A DNA stretch of 63,808 bases, the filler included, from Globobulimina sp. (Eukaryota): assembly GCA_003354225.1 (NCBI GenBank). It is 58 parts of 58 records of this genome, joined end to end, with 100 filler letters (N's around TTAATTAATTAA, not from the genome) between each part and the next. Parts side by side here need not be neighbours in the genome. Positions count along the whole stretch, not along the records: positions 1 to 1,003 come from PIVH01026116.1; positions 1,104 to 2,106 come from PIVH01026117.1; positions 2,207 to 3,209 come from PIVH01026118.1; positions 3,310 to 4,312 come from PIVH01026119.1; positions 4,413 to 5,415 come from PIVH01026120.1; positions 5,516 to 6,518 come from PIVH01026121.1; positions 6,619 to 7,621 come from PIVH01026122.1; positions 7,722 to 8,724 come from PIVH01026123.1; 50 more parts are not named here. The stretch is one strand, 5' to 3'. The stretch's first letter is position 1; each line of letters opens with the position of its first letter. Under the pieces are notes generated by a model. That model made no database searches. It saw nothing but the letters and a program-made list of their open reading frames with translations, and was not told the origin of the DNA. Below are positions 1-11,028 of this stretch, in pieces. A program made the translations under genes and the position numbers.

Positions 1-2
1 GT

Positions 3-1003
3 CTGACTAAATACCGATCACAGCTGGCAGACGAGCAACAACAGCAACCACCACAACTTAATCGCGGGCTATCACATGCAACAAACACAAACCAAACCAA
101 TTTTGTTGCAAATCCGCAACATAAACCTAATAAGTCTTATACATTTGGACAACAACAACCGCAGCCACGACAGCAACAACAGCAGCAACGGCCACGTAAC
201 CGTAGTTCATGGAAATCCACACAACCGCTACAAAACAGCAATCGAAACCGAAATAAAACTAATACCAACAATCGACACAACGGAACTGTATCTGAAACAT
301 CGTCAAATTCAGGTAGTTGTAGCTCATATAACGGCAATGCTCGAGCATCGAGAAAAAATAATAACAATAATAATAATAAAGAGAATCTAGTGCATAATAA
401 CACCAATAAACGGACCGCCCGACGCCGAGATGCAGCCAGAAGCAAAAGCAGAACACGAAACAATGCGTATAAGAAACCAATGACATTGAACGAAGCCAAA
501 GAAAAAGTGAAAATATATAGAAAACAAGTGAGTGAATTGAATGAAGTGAATGAACGATTAAATGAAGAAAAGCAAGATTTGGAGGACGAATTGCAAAATA
601 TAGATGAAAGAAATTCATTTGACAACCAACAAAAAGATGTAAAAATAAATAATTTGCAGTCGGAAAAAGAAAAAATATCCAATCAAAATAGTCTGTACAA
701 ACAACAAATTAATTCACAAGAAACACAACTTGCATTTAAAGACAATCAAATTAAAATGTTAGAGTCTGCTAAAAATTCATTGCAAGGACAATTAAACACA
801 TTTTCGGAAACTATCAAAATGAAAGATTTAATGTTTGAAAATACCAAACAAGAAATGCAATCCATTAAATCACAAACTGCTATGTTACAACAACAAACCC
901 AGCAACAATCTGCGCAAATATCGCAATTAAATGACAATTTAAATCAAACAAATCCGATAAACGTGAGTCAGGAACAGGAAATAAAAAAATTACGTGAAGA
1001 CAA
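3..1003 (+). CDS. Partial protein: Q/N-rich low-complexity region followed by a long coiled coil
   Basis: Frame 3 is open from base 3 to the contig end, longer than the track ORF 390-1055. Heptad-like E/Q/K/L-rich C-terminal half. Confidence 0.7.
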
Positions 1004-1102
1004 NNNNNNNNNNNNNNNNNNNNNNNNNNNNNNNNNNNNNNNNNNNNTTAATTAATTAANNNNNNNNNNNNNNNNNNNNNNNNNNNNNNNNNNNNNNNNN
1101 NN
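1004..1102. other. Artificial contig linker (N-run, TTAATTAATTAA, N-run); first of 57, spaced about 1.1 kb apart
   Basis: The same 12-mer with stops in all six frames, flanked by N runs, recurs at regular intervals. Flanking sequences are unrelated and contig lengths fall steadily from 1003 to 1001. Confidence 0.99.
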
Positions 1103-1236
1103 NTTTTTACCATGGACTATTTTATCAATCAGTGAGACATTTCAACGTGACACGGCAGCCGACGCCACCGAGTTCCATTTATCCTTTTATAAAATTGAAT
1201 ACAATTTTGCAATAGACCTTATTATTTCCTTAAAGT

Positions 1237-1803
1237 TTGTCGCATAAAGACAACACAACATTCTGCATCATGAATGTACAAAATATAGTTGTGTGTGGAG
1301 CGCTTGGTTGTGAATTAGATTTGCATAAAATAGAAACATCTTCTGTTGTCAATGCGAAGAAGCATGCAAGGTTTCCAGGTTTAATAGTGCACATAGCAAC
1401 ACCAAAAGTAACGATTTTGTTGTTCAGTAAAGGTAAAATAATCTGCAACGGCATCAAAGATATTGAAACAGCAAAAAAGGGAGTCCTTTTGCTTGGCAAA
1501 CGGTTGTCAAAACTTTCCTATGTGATAGATATGGATTCATGCATAAGTAGTTTACATATTGTCAATATGGTTACATCGTGTAGTACAGGATTCAGGATCA
1601 ATGTTGAACAGTTAACATTGGACCATCCTGTGCATGCTTTACTTAAAAAGGAGTTGTTTCCTGGATTATGTTATAAAATTGATGGAGCTACATTGTTGAT
1701 TTTTCATAGTGGAAAAGTTATTGTTACTGGTGTGAAGAATAAAGAAACTGTTGATACGGTTTGGAGTAAGATGGTCCCCATTATTGAAAAGTATCGTGTT
1801 TAG
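1237..1803 (+). CDS. TBP: Divergent TATA-box-binding protein, core only (ATG at 1270, or an exon after the acceptor-like ttcttaaag)
   Basis: Two TBP repeats: VQNIVV...RFPGL...TILLFSKGKIICNG and IVNMVTS...LFPGL...TLLIFHSGKVIVTG. Confidence 0.9.
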   Translation: MSHKDNTTFCIMNVQNIVVCGALGCELDLHKIETSSVVNAKKHARFPGLIVHIATPKVTILLFSKGKIICNGIKDIETAKKGVLLLGKRLSKLSYVIDMDSCISSLHIVNMVTSCSTGFRINVEQLTLDHPVHALLKKELFPGLCYKIDGATLLIFHSGKVIVTGVKNKETVDTVWSKMVPIIEKYRV

Positions 1804-1932
1804 TAAAAACGTCCTCTTAACAATATAAAATAATGCATTTTGGTTCAGAAAAAGATAAAACAAATCCAATTTTGTCTCGAAACTGAAAATATATTCTAAA
1901 GAACATAATACATTTTTCTATATTGCATTTTT

Positions 1933-2106
1933 ATGAAATCTGAAATCATGATGTCTGCTGAGTCAGAGGTACATTCTGTCAAAAATATATTCTTTGCTGC
2001 CATGGAAAGCAAATTGCGTATAGCCCCTGTAATACACCAAAACTGTCCTGGTTGTATTTACAATAAACTATCACAACGTGATCATGACCTTTGTCTCTCA
2101 ACACCA
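1933..2106 (+). CDS. Partial small Cys/His protein (CPGC...SQRDHDLC)
   Basis: ATG-initiated ORF running off the contig. The CxGC-x4-SQxxHxxC motif recalls accessory ORFs of Polinton/Maverick-type elements (from memory, not searched). Confidence 0.5.
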
Positions 2107-2207
2107 NNNNNNNNNNNNNNNNNNNNNNNNNNNNNNNNNNNNNNNNNNNNTTAATTAATTAANNNNNNNNNNNNNNNNNNNNNNNNNNNNNNNNNNNNNN
2201 NNNNNNA

Positions 2208-2966
2208 CTTGAAGTTACAAATGAATTAGATATTAATATTATGGCTGATTTAAGCATGGCTTTTGATGCGAATAAAGGGGATGGATTGGCGATGAGTATC
2301 GGATTTAAAACAGGTAAACAAATGGTAATTCAATGTGTAAATAAAGGAAATGATATAATCAACAGAATTGATATTAAATTTAATAAAAACTATTTGGGAA
2401 TACAGCCAACACAAACTGTGCCATTAAATGGTGATATTAAACCCGGACAATCGCAGATTATTTATGTGCCGTTAGTGTTGTTGCAAGAACCTGTGATTAC
2501 ACAACCATTGGATTTTAATGTACAGATTGCTGCGAGATGTGTTAGAACAAATTTATTAAAACAATCTAAACCACCGAAAATTGTGATGTTTGCAGCAAAC
2601 ATTCCCGCACAAATATTTTTGGAGCGTTCGGCGGTGAAACCTAAACAGGAATTTTTATGTGAATGGAAAAGTGTTTCTGTTCAAAATGGAGACATAATCA
2701 GGAAAATATTTGATAAAAATAAAGATGTCAATGTTGTAAATATTAAAGACATATTTAGTACAAATTCATTTTTATTTATAACAGAAAGACGTATACAAAA
2801 TCGTGGCGTGTCATTATATTTTACAACATTATTAAAACATGTTACAATTTTATTAGAATTATCGATTGCAAATAATGAAAAGTGTAGAATTGTAACAAAA
2901 TCAAGCAATAAATATTTATCAAGTATTGTATGTGATGTCGGAGTATCTCTGATTGAGAAACAATAA
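2208..2966 (+). CDS. AP-1/AP-2 beta-adaptin C-terminal appendage (ear) domains, partial
   Basis: GLAMSIGF, IDIKFNKNYLGIQP, NVQIAAR and EFLCEWKSV match the beta-adaptin Ig-like and platform subdomains. Frame open from the contig start. Confidence 0.8.
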   Translation, partial: LEVTNELDINIMADLSMAFDANKGDGLAMSIGFKTGKQMVIQCVNKGNDIINRIDIKFNKNYLGIQPTQTVPLNGDIKPGQSQIIYVPLVLLQEPVITQPLDFNVQIAARCVRTNLLKQSKPPKIVMFAANIPAQIFLERSAVKPKQEFLCEWKSVSVQNGDIIRKIFDKNKDVNVVNIKDIFSTNSFLFITERRIQNRGVSLYFTTLLKHVTILLELSIANNEKCRIVTKSSNKYLSSIVCDVGVSLIEKQ

Positions 2967-3549
2967 TTAATAAATAGGAAATTTAAAAGCAATATATTTT
3001 GTTCATTGGTTGTGTGTTATTTGTCTGCAATCATTGAAATGAAAAGTTGTTCCTATTATTATTTAAAGTTTTTTTTTTGTATTTTCTCCTTTTGTTGGAT
3101 CATTTTGATACCAGTCATATTTTATTTTTCCCAGTTGAGGCATTCAAACGAAAAAAAATCAACATCGTCAATAAAATATCCATTTGACTTTTTCGGTTCG
3201 CATTTCTAANNNNNNNNNNNNNNNNNNNNNNNNNNNNNNNNNNNNNNNNNNNNTTAATTAATTAANNNNNNNNNNNNNNNNNNNNNNNNNNNNNNNNNNN
3301 NNNNNNNNNTGAACATAAAAAGTCAATTAGACTATGTCCAACTAACAAAATTCTGAAGGCGTTACTTTAATGTCTACTTAAGTCTAAGGGATTGCTTGCT
3401 AGCAGCGTGGATTAATAAATAGTCATCACTCTATCGCCTCTACTGTCTCGTCATATGGTTTATAATCCATTTGCAAAATAAACCTCCACATAGAAAATCG
3501 ATAATGGATAAAGGTCGCTTAGCTCAAGAATAACTACTTGTTAACTCAT

Positions 3550-3634
3550 GTAATCTTGTAATCTTTTTGCAACCTTGTAATCTTTTTGCAATCTTTTTGT
3601 AAGCTTCTTGCAATCTTTTAATCTTTTTGCAATC
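3550..3634. repeat. Degenerate short tandem repeat (AATCTTTTTGC-like)
   Basis: About 7-8 imperfect copies visible. Confidence 0.7.
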
Positions 3635-4787
3635 CTGCCATCTCCTTACAAGGTTTTATAAACTGCATACAAAGTATCAACCAACAACTGGAATGAACCA
3701 GAAACGAGAATAATAACAACAAACAGCTGTGAATTATCACTATAATTAGCAAACATAAACAAAAGAATTCCTGTCTATAGGCATTTTTGCTTTATCGTAA
3801 AAATCTATTTTCTAAGGGAAAAAACTGAAGCAAAAATGCCTTATCCATCGAAGCATGCCAATCAGGGATTGTTTGTGTAACCTTCTCAGTGAGATTAAAG
3901 AGAAGTATAATGTATTTGGTAACGAAATGGATATTGATAAAAAATGTGATGAGGCTCATTTTTTGCGGAACAGAATTGTGGAGTTTTCATGTCAACATCA
4001 AATGCCCGACATTAAAAACCTTATTGTCTCAATGTCTAGCATGGTGCCAACATCGGTTCCGCAATTTGGTGCAGTTGAATCACCACGAATCAACACAGTG
4101 TTATACTTACCAACGCAAATGGAACTGGGTCACCAACGGCAAAAGAACAGGAACAACAACAAACACACACAAAAGGGACAGAAGAAGGCGTAGTCACAGC
4201 GTACTCACAGCAGAAGGCAGAGAATAATGCAAAGCAACTGCTACACGCACAACCACGCCAACTCCAACACAAAGAGCAAAGCAATGAGTGTTTGTTTTTT
4301 GTTTGCGATTGTNNNNNNNNNNNNNNNNNNNNNNNNNNNNNNNNNNNNNNNNNNNNTTAATTAATTAANNNNNNNNNNNNNNNNNNNNNNNNNNNNNNNN
4401 NNNNNNNNNNNNCCGGAAACGGAGCAGCAAAAATCCCCTATCGCCATTCAGCTTAAGTGCCGATTAAATCCCATTCTCATTGATAATATAATCAATATGT
4501 GCTTTCTTATCACATCTTCTCTACACATATCTTCTTTTTTTTGTTTGTTTAATGTTTATGTAAACATTCCTGTTTATGGGTTGTTATACGCATATTCGCA
4601 ACAAATGATCAGGAAAAATGCACATCCGCTTCGTTTGTATTTTTATTATTGGAGATTGAGAATGTGCAAAAGATTTATTCCTTAACCCAAAAAAAAAACA
4701 TTCCAACAACTCTCTTTACCTCACCTCACCACATCCGATACTCCCAACGCATATTTTTTTGTGTATATCATTCGTTGATAAAACAAT

Positions 4788-5377
4788 ATGGCAGATTTCA
4801 AAGAATCCTATGTTTTCGGTCGTGACAATGTGGAAGTAGTGATTCAAAACAAAGGTGGCGGGCAATTTACCCGGCATTTACGTGTCCATCCTCAGAATAA
4901 CCATCAGCTCGACCCTTCGGGTGGTCAGGGAAAATGGGCCCGGTGGATCGTAGAATTACAAGGCGGAGATCAATGCAAAATTAAATCCAAAGCAACCGGT
5001 AAATATTTACGTATTGAGCCAAACGCCTCCCATGGCGCCGAAGATAAAGTGGACGTTAAAGGCGGTGGTGGCAAATGGACCGTGTTCAAGGTGCATAAAC
5101 AAGGCCAACCGGGCCATGTTAAATTAGAATCTGCGGAACAAAACGGTAAATATTTAGCGGTGCAGAAAGATAACGTGGTCCGTGTCGGTAATGGTGGTCC
5201 ATGGACAGAATTAATATTCCGTAGAGAAGCCGTGGCGGATTTTACCAGACCATATCAGTTCGCGCGAACCAATATTGTGGTGATTCAACATCGTGGCGGC
5301 CAGGGCAAAGGTGCTGGGCCTACCCAACATTTACGTGTCAAACCTGGTGATTTGGACGAGGTTGACCCTGCGGGAGG
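4788..5377 (+). CDS. Tandem beta-trefoil (fascin/actin-crosslinking or ricin-B-like) protein, first exon
   Basis: Internal repeats (KIKSKATGKYLRI / VKLESAEQNGKYLAV; GGQGKWARW / GGGGKWTVF / GNGGPWTEL). A second domain copy starts ADFTRPYQF. Probable intron donor near 5377. Confidence 0.7.
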
Positions 5378-5516
5378 TTTGTACAGTTTGCATTGTTGTA
5401 CGTAATGTCATACCGNNNNNNNNNNNNNNNNNNNNNNNNNNNNNNNNNNNNNNNNNNNNTTAATTAATTAANNNNNNNNNNNNNNNNNNNNNNNNNNNNN
5501 NNNNNNNNNNNNNNNA

Positions 5517-6233
5517 AGAAAATTAAATGATAAAGAAATTGAATTAAAATGTAAGGGACCAATTAATAATTTAAAAGATGCACTGACTGAGGTAAAATCT
5601 GGTGATAAAATATTAATTTATGATGGAAAATATTCTAATCCGGAGACGGTTTTTAGTTTTGATAAATCTTTGCAAATCGTAGGATGCGGAGAGAATGTAT
5701 TAATAGAAAGTGGAGCTGTAATTAAAAACGATATTTATTTCAAAAATATTAAATTTAAAATTAAAATTAAAATATTAAAATTAAAACAAAAATGTAGATT
5801 GTTGCTGGAAAATTGTGATATAATGTGTGGATTGAATGGTATTTCGGTGGAAATGGATTGTGTTCTCACTGTTGCAAATTGTAACTTTTATGGTTTTAAA
5901 TCTGGGAGCTTTGAAGCAATATATATTGATACCCAGGCAAAAGAAGTGAATCTGATTTGTTGTATGTTTACAGGATTCAGATTAAATACTCCATGTAGTG
6001 ATGATGGATATGAGAGGTATGACTGTATTGAGTTCAATCATTATAATGATATCGATCCTAAGGTAAAATTAAAATGTGTGGATAATTTGTTTAACCACTG
6101 TCCAATGCGCAGAATATATTTACCAGCTGCCGTTTGCCGCGATAACAAAGTAAAATATGATGGTGATGTATTGGAACTTATTATTGTCAGAACAGAAAGT
6201 AAGAGGAAAACACTTAACTTTTTTCCAAGCTAA
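5517..6233 (+). CDS. Right-handed beta-helix (pectin-lyase-fold/NosD-like) protein, C-terminal part
   Basis: Frame open from the contig start. LKDALTEVKSGDKILIYDGKY cap motif, DKSLQIVGCG, and repeated xxNCxF coils. Confidence 0.65.
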   Translation, partial: RKLNDKEIELKCKGPINNLKDALTEVKSGDKILIYDGKYSNPETVFSFDKSLQIVGCGENVLIESGAVIKNDIYFKNIKFKIKIKILKLKQKCRLLLENCDIMCGLNGISVEMDCVLTVANCNFYGFKSGSFEAIYIDTQAKEVNLICCMFTGFRLNTPCSDDGYERYDCIEFNHYNDIDPKVKLKCVDNLFNHCPMRRIYLPAAVCRDNKVKYDGDVLELIIVRTESKRKTLNFFPS

Positions 6234-6620
6234 TTCCGTAGGAAACAATTAAAGAAATAACATGTTTTACTAAAGTTATAATTTATGGCAAAACAAACCG
6301 AATGATTGTTTAAAAATAATGTTAGAATGATAGTAATAATCTCTACCAGGCGTTTTGTCCATTTTATATGCATTTTTCAAGATTTCTTTGGTTTTATAGT
6401 ATGAACATCCATCGCTATCACAATTTTTTTTGACTAACTCTGCATGGCACTGAACTCACTCTTGGAACTTAGAATTATGGCCTCCAAATCCATTAAATTC
6501 CACTTTACATCCATCAGTNNNNNNNNNNNNNNNNNNNNNNNNNNNNNNNNNNNNNNNNNNNNTTAATTAATTAANNNNNNNNNNNNNNNNNNNNNNNNNN
6601 NNNNNNNNNNNNNNNNNNCC

Positions 6621-7621
6621 TCCAAAGAAACAATTTACTCCCTCCCGCATGCAGTTGTATTGCGTTTAAAACGGAGCATTTTGGCAGATATTCGACGAAC
6701 CCATGATGTAAATTTTACTATTATGCGGCACAAACATAACGGCGAGGATATGATGTTAGTGGCGGTCGAAGGTGAGGTAGAAAATAGATTGTGTGCTTGT
6801 GACATATTGGAAGAGGTTATCACTAAAATCAAATCACATTCTATTGATGTTCCAGGCTTAGAGTCCTATAGCAATAACAATGATGTTTCCGCCCCAATCA
6901 CGCAAGGATTAGGGCTACGGGAATCTGCCTCTGATTGTTTTAATATATTTGCCGGTATCATATTATATTTAGATCCGCGAATGCGGGAAATGATGAGCGA
7001 TTATCAGGCGCGCTTAGATCAAATTGGTGTAGAAACCCAATGCAATATCTACGTTGGTATGTTGTTGTATTATATATCTTATTATTTATCAGATATATAA
7101 TTAATATTATTGTGTATTGAGGTAATCGAGATTTATTTTGGTTGAATGACTTTCAATTAGCGATTGAAGGGAATGAGGCGAAAAATATCAGTCTCGCCAG
7201 GCAACAAATCGATACATTGCTGAATCATTTAAAATCATTGACTATGACCTTAGTATTACCGCCAAGCATTAACCACGAAATCAGCAAAGAGTCCAAATAT
7301 TTGGCCGGCACTATCCAGAAAGAGCTAGGTGTCGATACTGTGATTATCCAACAAAATGATCATATCAATGTGCATTTAATCGGCAGTAACGAACAGGTTA
7401 ATGTCGCAGCACAAATTATAGATTCTCGCACCCATAAACTGTCCAAATTAGTTGGCGGCGGTCCGGACCAGGCCCGGCTGGACCGGCGGGAAAGAATTCG
7501 TACGCTTAACTTCTTGGATTACGGTGTGGGCGGTTTGGACGATACGTTGCGCGATATGTTGCGTCGCACGTTTGAGTCTCGTTTGATATCCAGTCGGCTG
7601 CGGAAGGAGTTGGATTTGATG
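6621..7621 (+). CDS. NSF/Sec18-like AAA ATPase fragment with an atypical KH-like N-terminal region; two exons, intron 7057-7121
   Basis: GVGGLDDTLRDMLRRTFESRL matches the NSF D1 entry motif GIGGLD..F..IFRRAFASR. A 65-nt GT-AG intron joins the two track ORFs in frame. Confidence 0.7.
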
Positions 7622-7721
7622 NNNNNNNNNNNNNNNNNNNNNNNNNNNNNNNNNNNNNNNNNNNNTTAATTAATTAANNNNNNNNNNNNNNNNNNNNNNN
7701 NNNNNNNNNNNNNNNNNNNNN

Positions 7722-8314
7722 TCATCAAAACAAAGCATAGGAACATCGAATTCGCAAATTAATCGAATGGTTTCTGATACAACAGCGGCGGTATCCATTG
7801 CTGGGTCGTTTGCAAATGCAGTTGACAGCGCTGGTATGACTTGGCCTGGAATGGGACTGCCAGCTCCAAAGCCATACGACAGAATTGATGCAAGAAAATC
7901 AGTGTTTAATTCCTGATCTGAAACAAGACCGCCAGCTTCGGCGAATGGCACAATTCTTGCTACGAATGTTGCGCTGTCATCAGTTGCCAGGTTGGCTGCT
8001 GCTGTTTGGAGTATTGCGCCACTAAGAATTGATTGGATTATTGGACCACTTATTGCCGGGGTTGCAAATGTGCCGAGACTGCTGACTGCTCCTTGAACAA
8101 AATCCGGGTTTGCCAATGAGCCGATAAACCAATCACTAAGAACTCCGCGCTTAACGGGATCTGTCACTAGTTCGACTGCTTTGGCCTGCCATAATGGGCT
8201 TGATAGTTTTTGGATTAATATTGAAGCATACTCTGCATACTCAGGAATTGTTTGTGCTGCAATTGCACCATACATTGCTACCACAAATGACATTTTAATG
8301 AATAAATTGAACAT
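7722..8314 (-). CDS. Secreted Ala-rich hypothetical protein, partial
   Basis: ATG start followed by a signal-peptide-like hydrophobic stretch ending AIAA-Q. Coding-like composition. Confidence 0.7.
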
Positions 8315-8380
8315 GTTTTGTTGATCGATGTAATTATTTTGTGCTTGGAATTAAATTATTGTTGAAACAAAAGTGAAAGT

Positions 8381-8723
8381 GAAGAAGATCTTTTTTTCTT
8401 TTTTTAGAGAATATAAATAGATTGCTCTCTTTTTTTAGATTTATGTATAATATAAATATAAATATCAGTGTCAGACCAGACCAGCTGCATACTAGTATAC
8501 ATTGTTATGACTTTGTTCTGGATTTGCAAACAGTTTCTGTAAAAAAAGTACAATTGAAAAAGCATATCCATTCTGTGGATTAAATATATAAAAAAGGCCC
8601 CATACAATTACATTCGCAGCTGATCTGATCTGACACTGATATTTATATTTATATTATACATAAATCTAAAAAAAGAGAGCAATCTATTTATATTCTCTAA
8701 AAAAAGAAAAAAAGATCTTCTTC
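8381..8723. mobile_element. MITE-like element with ~108 bp inverted arms
   Basis: 8381-8488 is the reverse complement of 8616-8723 with about 2 mismatches. Spacer about 127 bp. Confidence 0.7.
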
Positions 8724-8911
8724 CNNNNNNNNNNNNNNNNNNNNNNNNNNNNNNNNNNNNNNNNNNNNTTAATTAATTAANNNNNNNNNNNNNNNNNNNN
8801 NNNNNNNNNNNNNNNNNNNNNNNNTACGACCTCTTGAATATTATTGAAACAAATAAAAAAACTTTGAAATTTTCATCATCAAAAAAATCAATCACCATAC
8901 TAACATCAAAC

Positions 8912-9826
8912 ATGGCAGAGCTACAAGGACCCAAATTAAGTCTCTGTTCAATGAGTGCTCCATCGCCGATGAGGCAACGTTCCAAAACATTGGGATCAAT
9001 CGACTGCAAATCGCGTAAAAAAAAAAGAAAATCAGCCACCCCAATTGCTCAAAAGTCATCATCGCATATGCATAAATTCAAAGAACGATCCATTCCTCGC
9101 AAATTGGGCCCGCGTGATATTGGCAGAAACAAATATAGAGCCGGTACAAAATTGCAACAAACGCAAACTTATGGAACCTTTCTGGATGAAAAGATCCACA
9201 GACATGCCCTCGGCAGTTCCTTTTTAGCGCGAAAAACAAAAAACCCAGTCCAAAAAAACGAAACTGTGCAAGAAACCGGAACCCCTTTCGACTGGAAAAA
9301 GCCTCAATATTACAAGTCTGAAGTACAAAAAATGTACAGTTACCACAACGGAAAACGGCAAGGTTGGGGCGGTAGCATGAATTTTCTGACTGAAAAACCT
9401 TCTAAACCGCATGATGTCCGCTTGGAAGCTTTGAAGGACCTTAAAATCCCCAAAGGCAAAGCTGTGAGCGAGTACCGGTCGCCACATAGTTGGACCCCCA
9501 TCGCCTACCAGTACGAGAACAAAGGCGGGGGCTTTTTAGACGAAAAGTTCTGGTTCGAAGCGAGCCACGTTCAGATTGACGGCGGTTTGAGTCGTTTGAT
9601 CGAGGCATTAGCGCCCAAACAAAAGTTGCAATTAAATAAAATGGCGTCGCCCACTGGGTACCAATCAAAGATCAATTTTCTAAAAATGTTGCGCGATTTG
9701 GTGGTGATTGAAATCCAGCGGATGACGAAAGAGGATGATATGCTAAAAAAGATGGAAAGTGAGGCATTTATTGATGGCATTTCCAAGGAACTTGAACAGG
9801 AATTCGAGCAGCAATTAGATGAGGCA
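8912..9826 (+). CDS. Hypothetical basic protein, partial
   Basis: Long ORF with ATG at 8912 and coding-like GC. No recognised domain. Confidence 0.65.
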
Positions 9827-9926
9827 NNNNNNNNNNNNNNNNNNNNNNNNNNNNNNNNNNNNNNNNNNNNTTAATTAATTAANNNNNNNNNNNNNNNNNN
9901 NNNNNNNNNNNNNNNNNNNNNNNNNN

Positions 9927-10858
9927 GATGATGATTGTTTATATCCATCGATATCATTTGAATTTGAAGAAATTGACTTTGCATCTCCATCCAGTGAATA
10001 TATTGATGTGTTTGGTAATGATGTATTGATTCAACGATGCACTGGCAACTACGATGCAAATTGTGGGAATTTTATTCAATGTTTGAGTAATTATTCTTTA
10101 TCAACAATATCAATGGGTGATCGATATAAAGTATCATTGACAGAATCATTACAAGTGGACGCATTTTGCACAAGTTATCATCCGTGGTCCATCAATGCCA
10201 AATTAACCATATCATGTTCCAAAGAGGATGTATTTGATAATTTTAATTTTTCATCCACAATGACAGCTCAATATTGCGATTCGATACAAGGGATAATAGC
10301 ATGCGATGGGTCCGTTACAAGCCAATTGATAGAAGCTGAGAGTCATTGCTATTCATTCCAACCAAAGTTACCAAATACAACATTCGTTACATTTTCTAAT
10401 TGTGCCTCTGAATTTGATACAAAATTATTTGTTTACAATTCTAATTATGAATGGATATCGCAGATATTTTGTGATGGTGATGATTGCGGATCAGATAAAT
10501 GTTCTACATCGTATCGAGAAGTATTTTCAATTCCCTATATGAATATAAATGAGACATATTTTGTTATTATTGGTGCGTATGCAAAAGGTGGGAATTATAC
10601 AATTGATATACAGTGTGATGTTCGTCCGCCTACATTGGAACCCACAGCAAATCCAACTCAATCACCAAAGGTAGCATGTGGTACAAATAAATGGTGTTTT
10701 TACATCCAAGTTACTCCAAATCCACATAATGATACAGAATGGAATGTAGCAATACAGAATGAATACGTATATGGTGCCAGATATTTTGATATTTATTTTA
10801 TGATTAATGGTGCTGACTGCGTTAATCCCCGTTTATCATTTACATACGAACGAGTTGA
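9927..10858 (+). CDS. Large extracellular Cys-rich protein fragment with a PPC-like domain and PTxxPT linker
   Basis: Frame open from the contig start. FSNCASEFDTKL...CDGDDCG...YFVIIGAY motif, PTLEPTANPTQSP, and an internally repeated DC..P.(I/L)SF unit. Confidence 0.7.
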
Positions 10859-11028
10859 GTATATATTTATTCTCTGTAATTGTTAATTAATGGATTGTTT
10901 TTGTAATATTATTTGACTGATAAATAACNNNNNNNNNNNNNNNNNNNNNNNNNNNNNNNNNNNNNNNNNNNNTTAATTAATTAANNNNNNNNNNNNNNNN
11001 NNNNNNNNNNNNNNNNNNNNNNNNNNNN

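Noticed and set aside
137-682. Minus-strand and alternative-frame ORFs over the low-complexity gene, and similar shadow ORFs at 23502-24085, 35748-36330 and 61105-61662
   Set aside because: They are antisense or frame shadows of longer, better-supported ORFs.
1048-1059. Regularly spaced TTAATTAATTAA read as a biological repeat or CRISPR-like array
   Set aside because: It is always embedded in N runs and is a synthetic six-frame stop linker.
3855-4227. Two overlapping 112-aa ORFs
   Set aside because: No recognisable domain, and I cannot tell which, if either, is coding.
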